This document shows positions 7,515 through 8,392 of a stretch of 8,392 nucleotides of DNA, one piece after another; position 1 is the stretch's first letter, and every line of letters starts with the position of its first letter. The stretch comes from Paraphysomonas bandaiensis (taxonomy: Eukaryota > Protista > Chrysophyceae), in assembly GCA_965644295.1 (NCBI GenBank), contig CBFFRP010000482.1, forward strand, positions 1 through 8,392, given 5' to 3'. The position numbers were made by a program, and so were the translations under genes. The notes under the pieces are model-generated. The model had not been told where the DNA came from, ran no database searches, and saw nothing but the letters and a program-made list of their open reading frames with translations.

Positions 7515-8392
7515 CTACTCCTTGTACTTTCGTTTTCTGAAAGTAAGGTCATCAGTGTCAGAATTGATCATGTTATTTGCAGCATGGTTATTTTCTTGGA
7601 TAATATTGCGCTGCATTTCTATTGCACCAGAGCCATTCCTGTTCATATATACCTCCATATCTTCGGTCTGATTATAGTCAGCATTTTCCAAATCATTCCA
7701 CCCACAACGGTCAAAGAATTTCCTCGGAATATACCAGAATCTATCTATTGTATTCGGCTCTCCAGCAATTACATCATGAGCAAAATCTGGAATAATAAAT
7801 GCTGTGTCAAGAATATTTTCAAAATCAATAATATCGTGGCAAAATATCTGCTGGCGTCGGCGATTGTAACGCACTTCCCATCTGTATTTGGGGAAAAAAG
7901 CAAGGCTACTCACTTCACACGGTTCCATATACTGAACAATATAGAAATACTTGATGTCGTTTTCAAATGTCAGTTGTAACATTGATACTATTTGGGCCAG
8001 TTGATTGTCTCCATTTTCCAGTTGAATGAATATAAAATCAAATCGTTGTTTTCGCCGCCTCGTCTTCTTCATTGCATGATGACTTCCTTTGCCGATACCA
8101 CTCTCTTCGTTTGCGTGGTATGTGAGAGCTTGTATAAGCTTAAGAGATATATCACCACGACATAGGCTGTTCCAGTTCTGTTCACCCAGAGCTCGTCTAC
8201 AGAAATCTGAGAAAAAACTGTTGATTCCTTGTGCCCGATGAAATCATTCAACTCTATCTCTTCTTCACATGCGAATAAGTAGCCATTTGCACCAACGCAT
8301 AGAGTTGCATGCTTTACATTACACATTGGATACACTAAAACAACTTCAGGTGGAACTTCTGGCTTTAGTGAATTTATATATTGCCACAAGTA
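7515..8392 (-). CDS. 3' part of a larger gene with a probable 1-nt frameshift near 8212-8217; possibly the C-terminus of a Plavaka/CMC-like transposase
   Basis: One frame is open from the window edge (YLWQYINS...HKESTVF). The frame of ORF 7515-8072 is open upstream to 8243 (SDFCRRALGEQNWNSLCRGDISLKLIQALTYHANEESGIGKGSHHAMKK...). The pattern RFDF...AQIV...IVQY...W...IIDFENILDTAFIIPDF...DRFWYIPRKFFDR resembles transposase C-termini from memory. It ends in a basic NLS-like RKRKYKE. Coding status is fairly secure; the family call is weak. Confidence 0.55.

Noticed and set aside
7584-7979. 131-aa plus-strand ORF
   Set aside because: It is antisense to the more convincing minus-strand gene.
8069-8072. 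ATGA stop/start overlap suggesting a prokaryotic coupled operon
   Set aside because: The downstream frame is already open and protein-like for 57 codons upstream of this ATG, so a single frameshifted gene explains it better.

Overview
AT-rich, transposon-derived DNA that looks eukaryotic (possibly a stramenopile; this is inferred only from the recombinase family). There is no intact recognisable host gene. (1) 1-3731 is a head-to-tail array of a 2247-bp unit carrying a decayed, internally deleted Crypton(S)-like tyrosine recombinase gene. The unit boundary appears to lie inside an att-like site: two 15-bp inverted arms around an 18-bp spacer containing TATGTATGG. The last copy is internally deleted and ends at one half of that site. 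(2) It runs straight into a ~1.27-kb (TATG)n microsatellite (3732-5002), which suggests a microsatellite-targeting tyrosine-recombinase element. (3) 5003-6600 is unassignable degenerate or low-complexity sequence. (4) 6626-7322 is a modular array of the palindrome CCTATAGG separated by four fixed spacer types in shuffled order. (5) It lies downstream of a minus-strand gene (7515 to the window edge) split by a probable one-base frameshift, which loosely resembles the C-terminus of a Plavaka/CMC-like transposase. Nearly all ORFs in the supplied track are spurious. Family assignments come from motif recall, not database searches.
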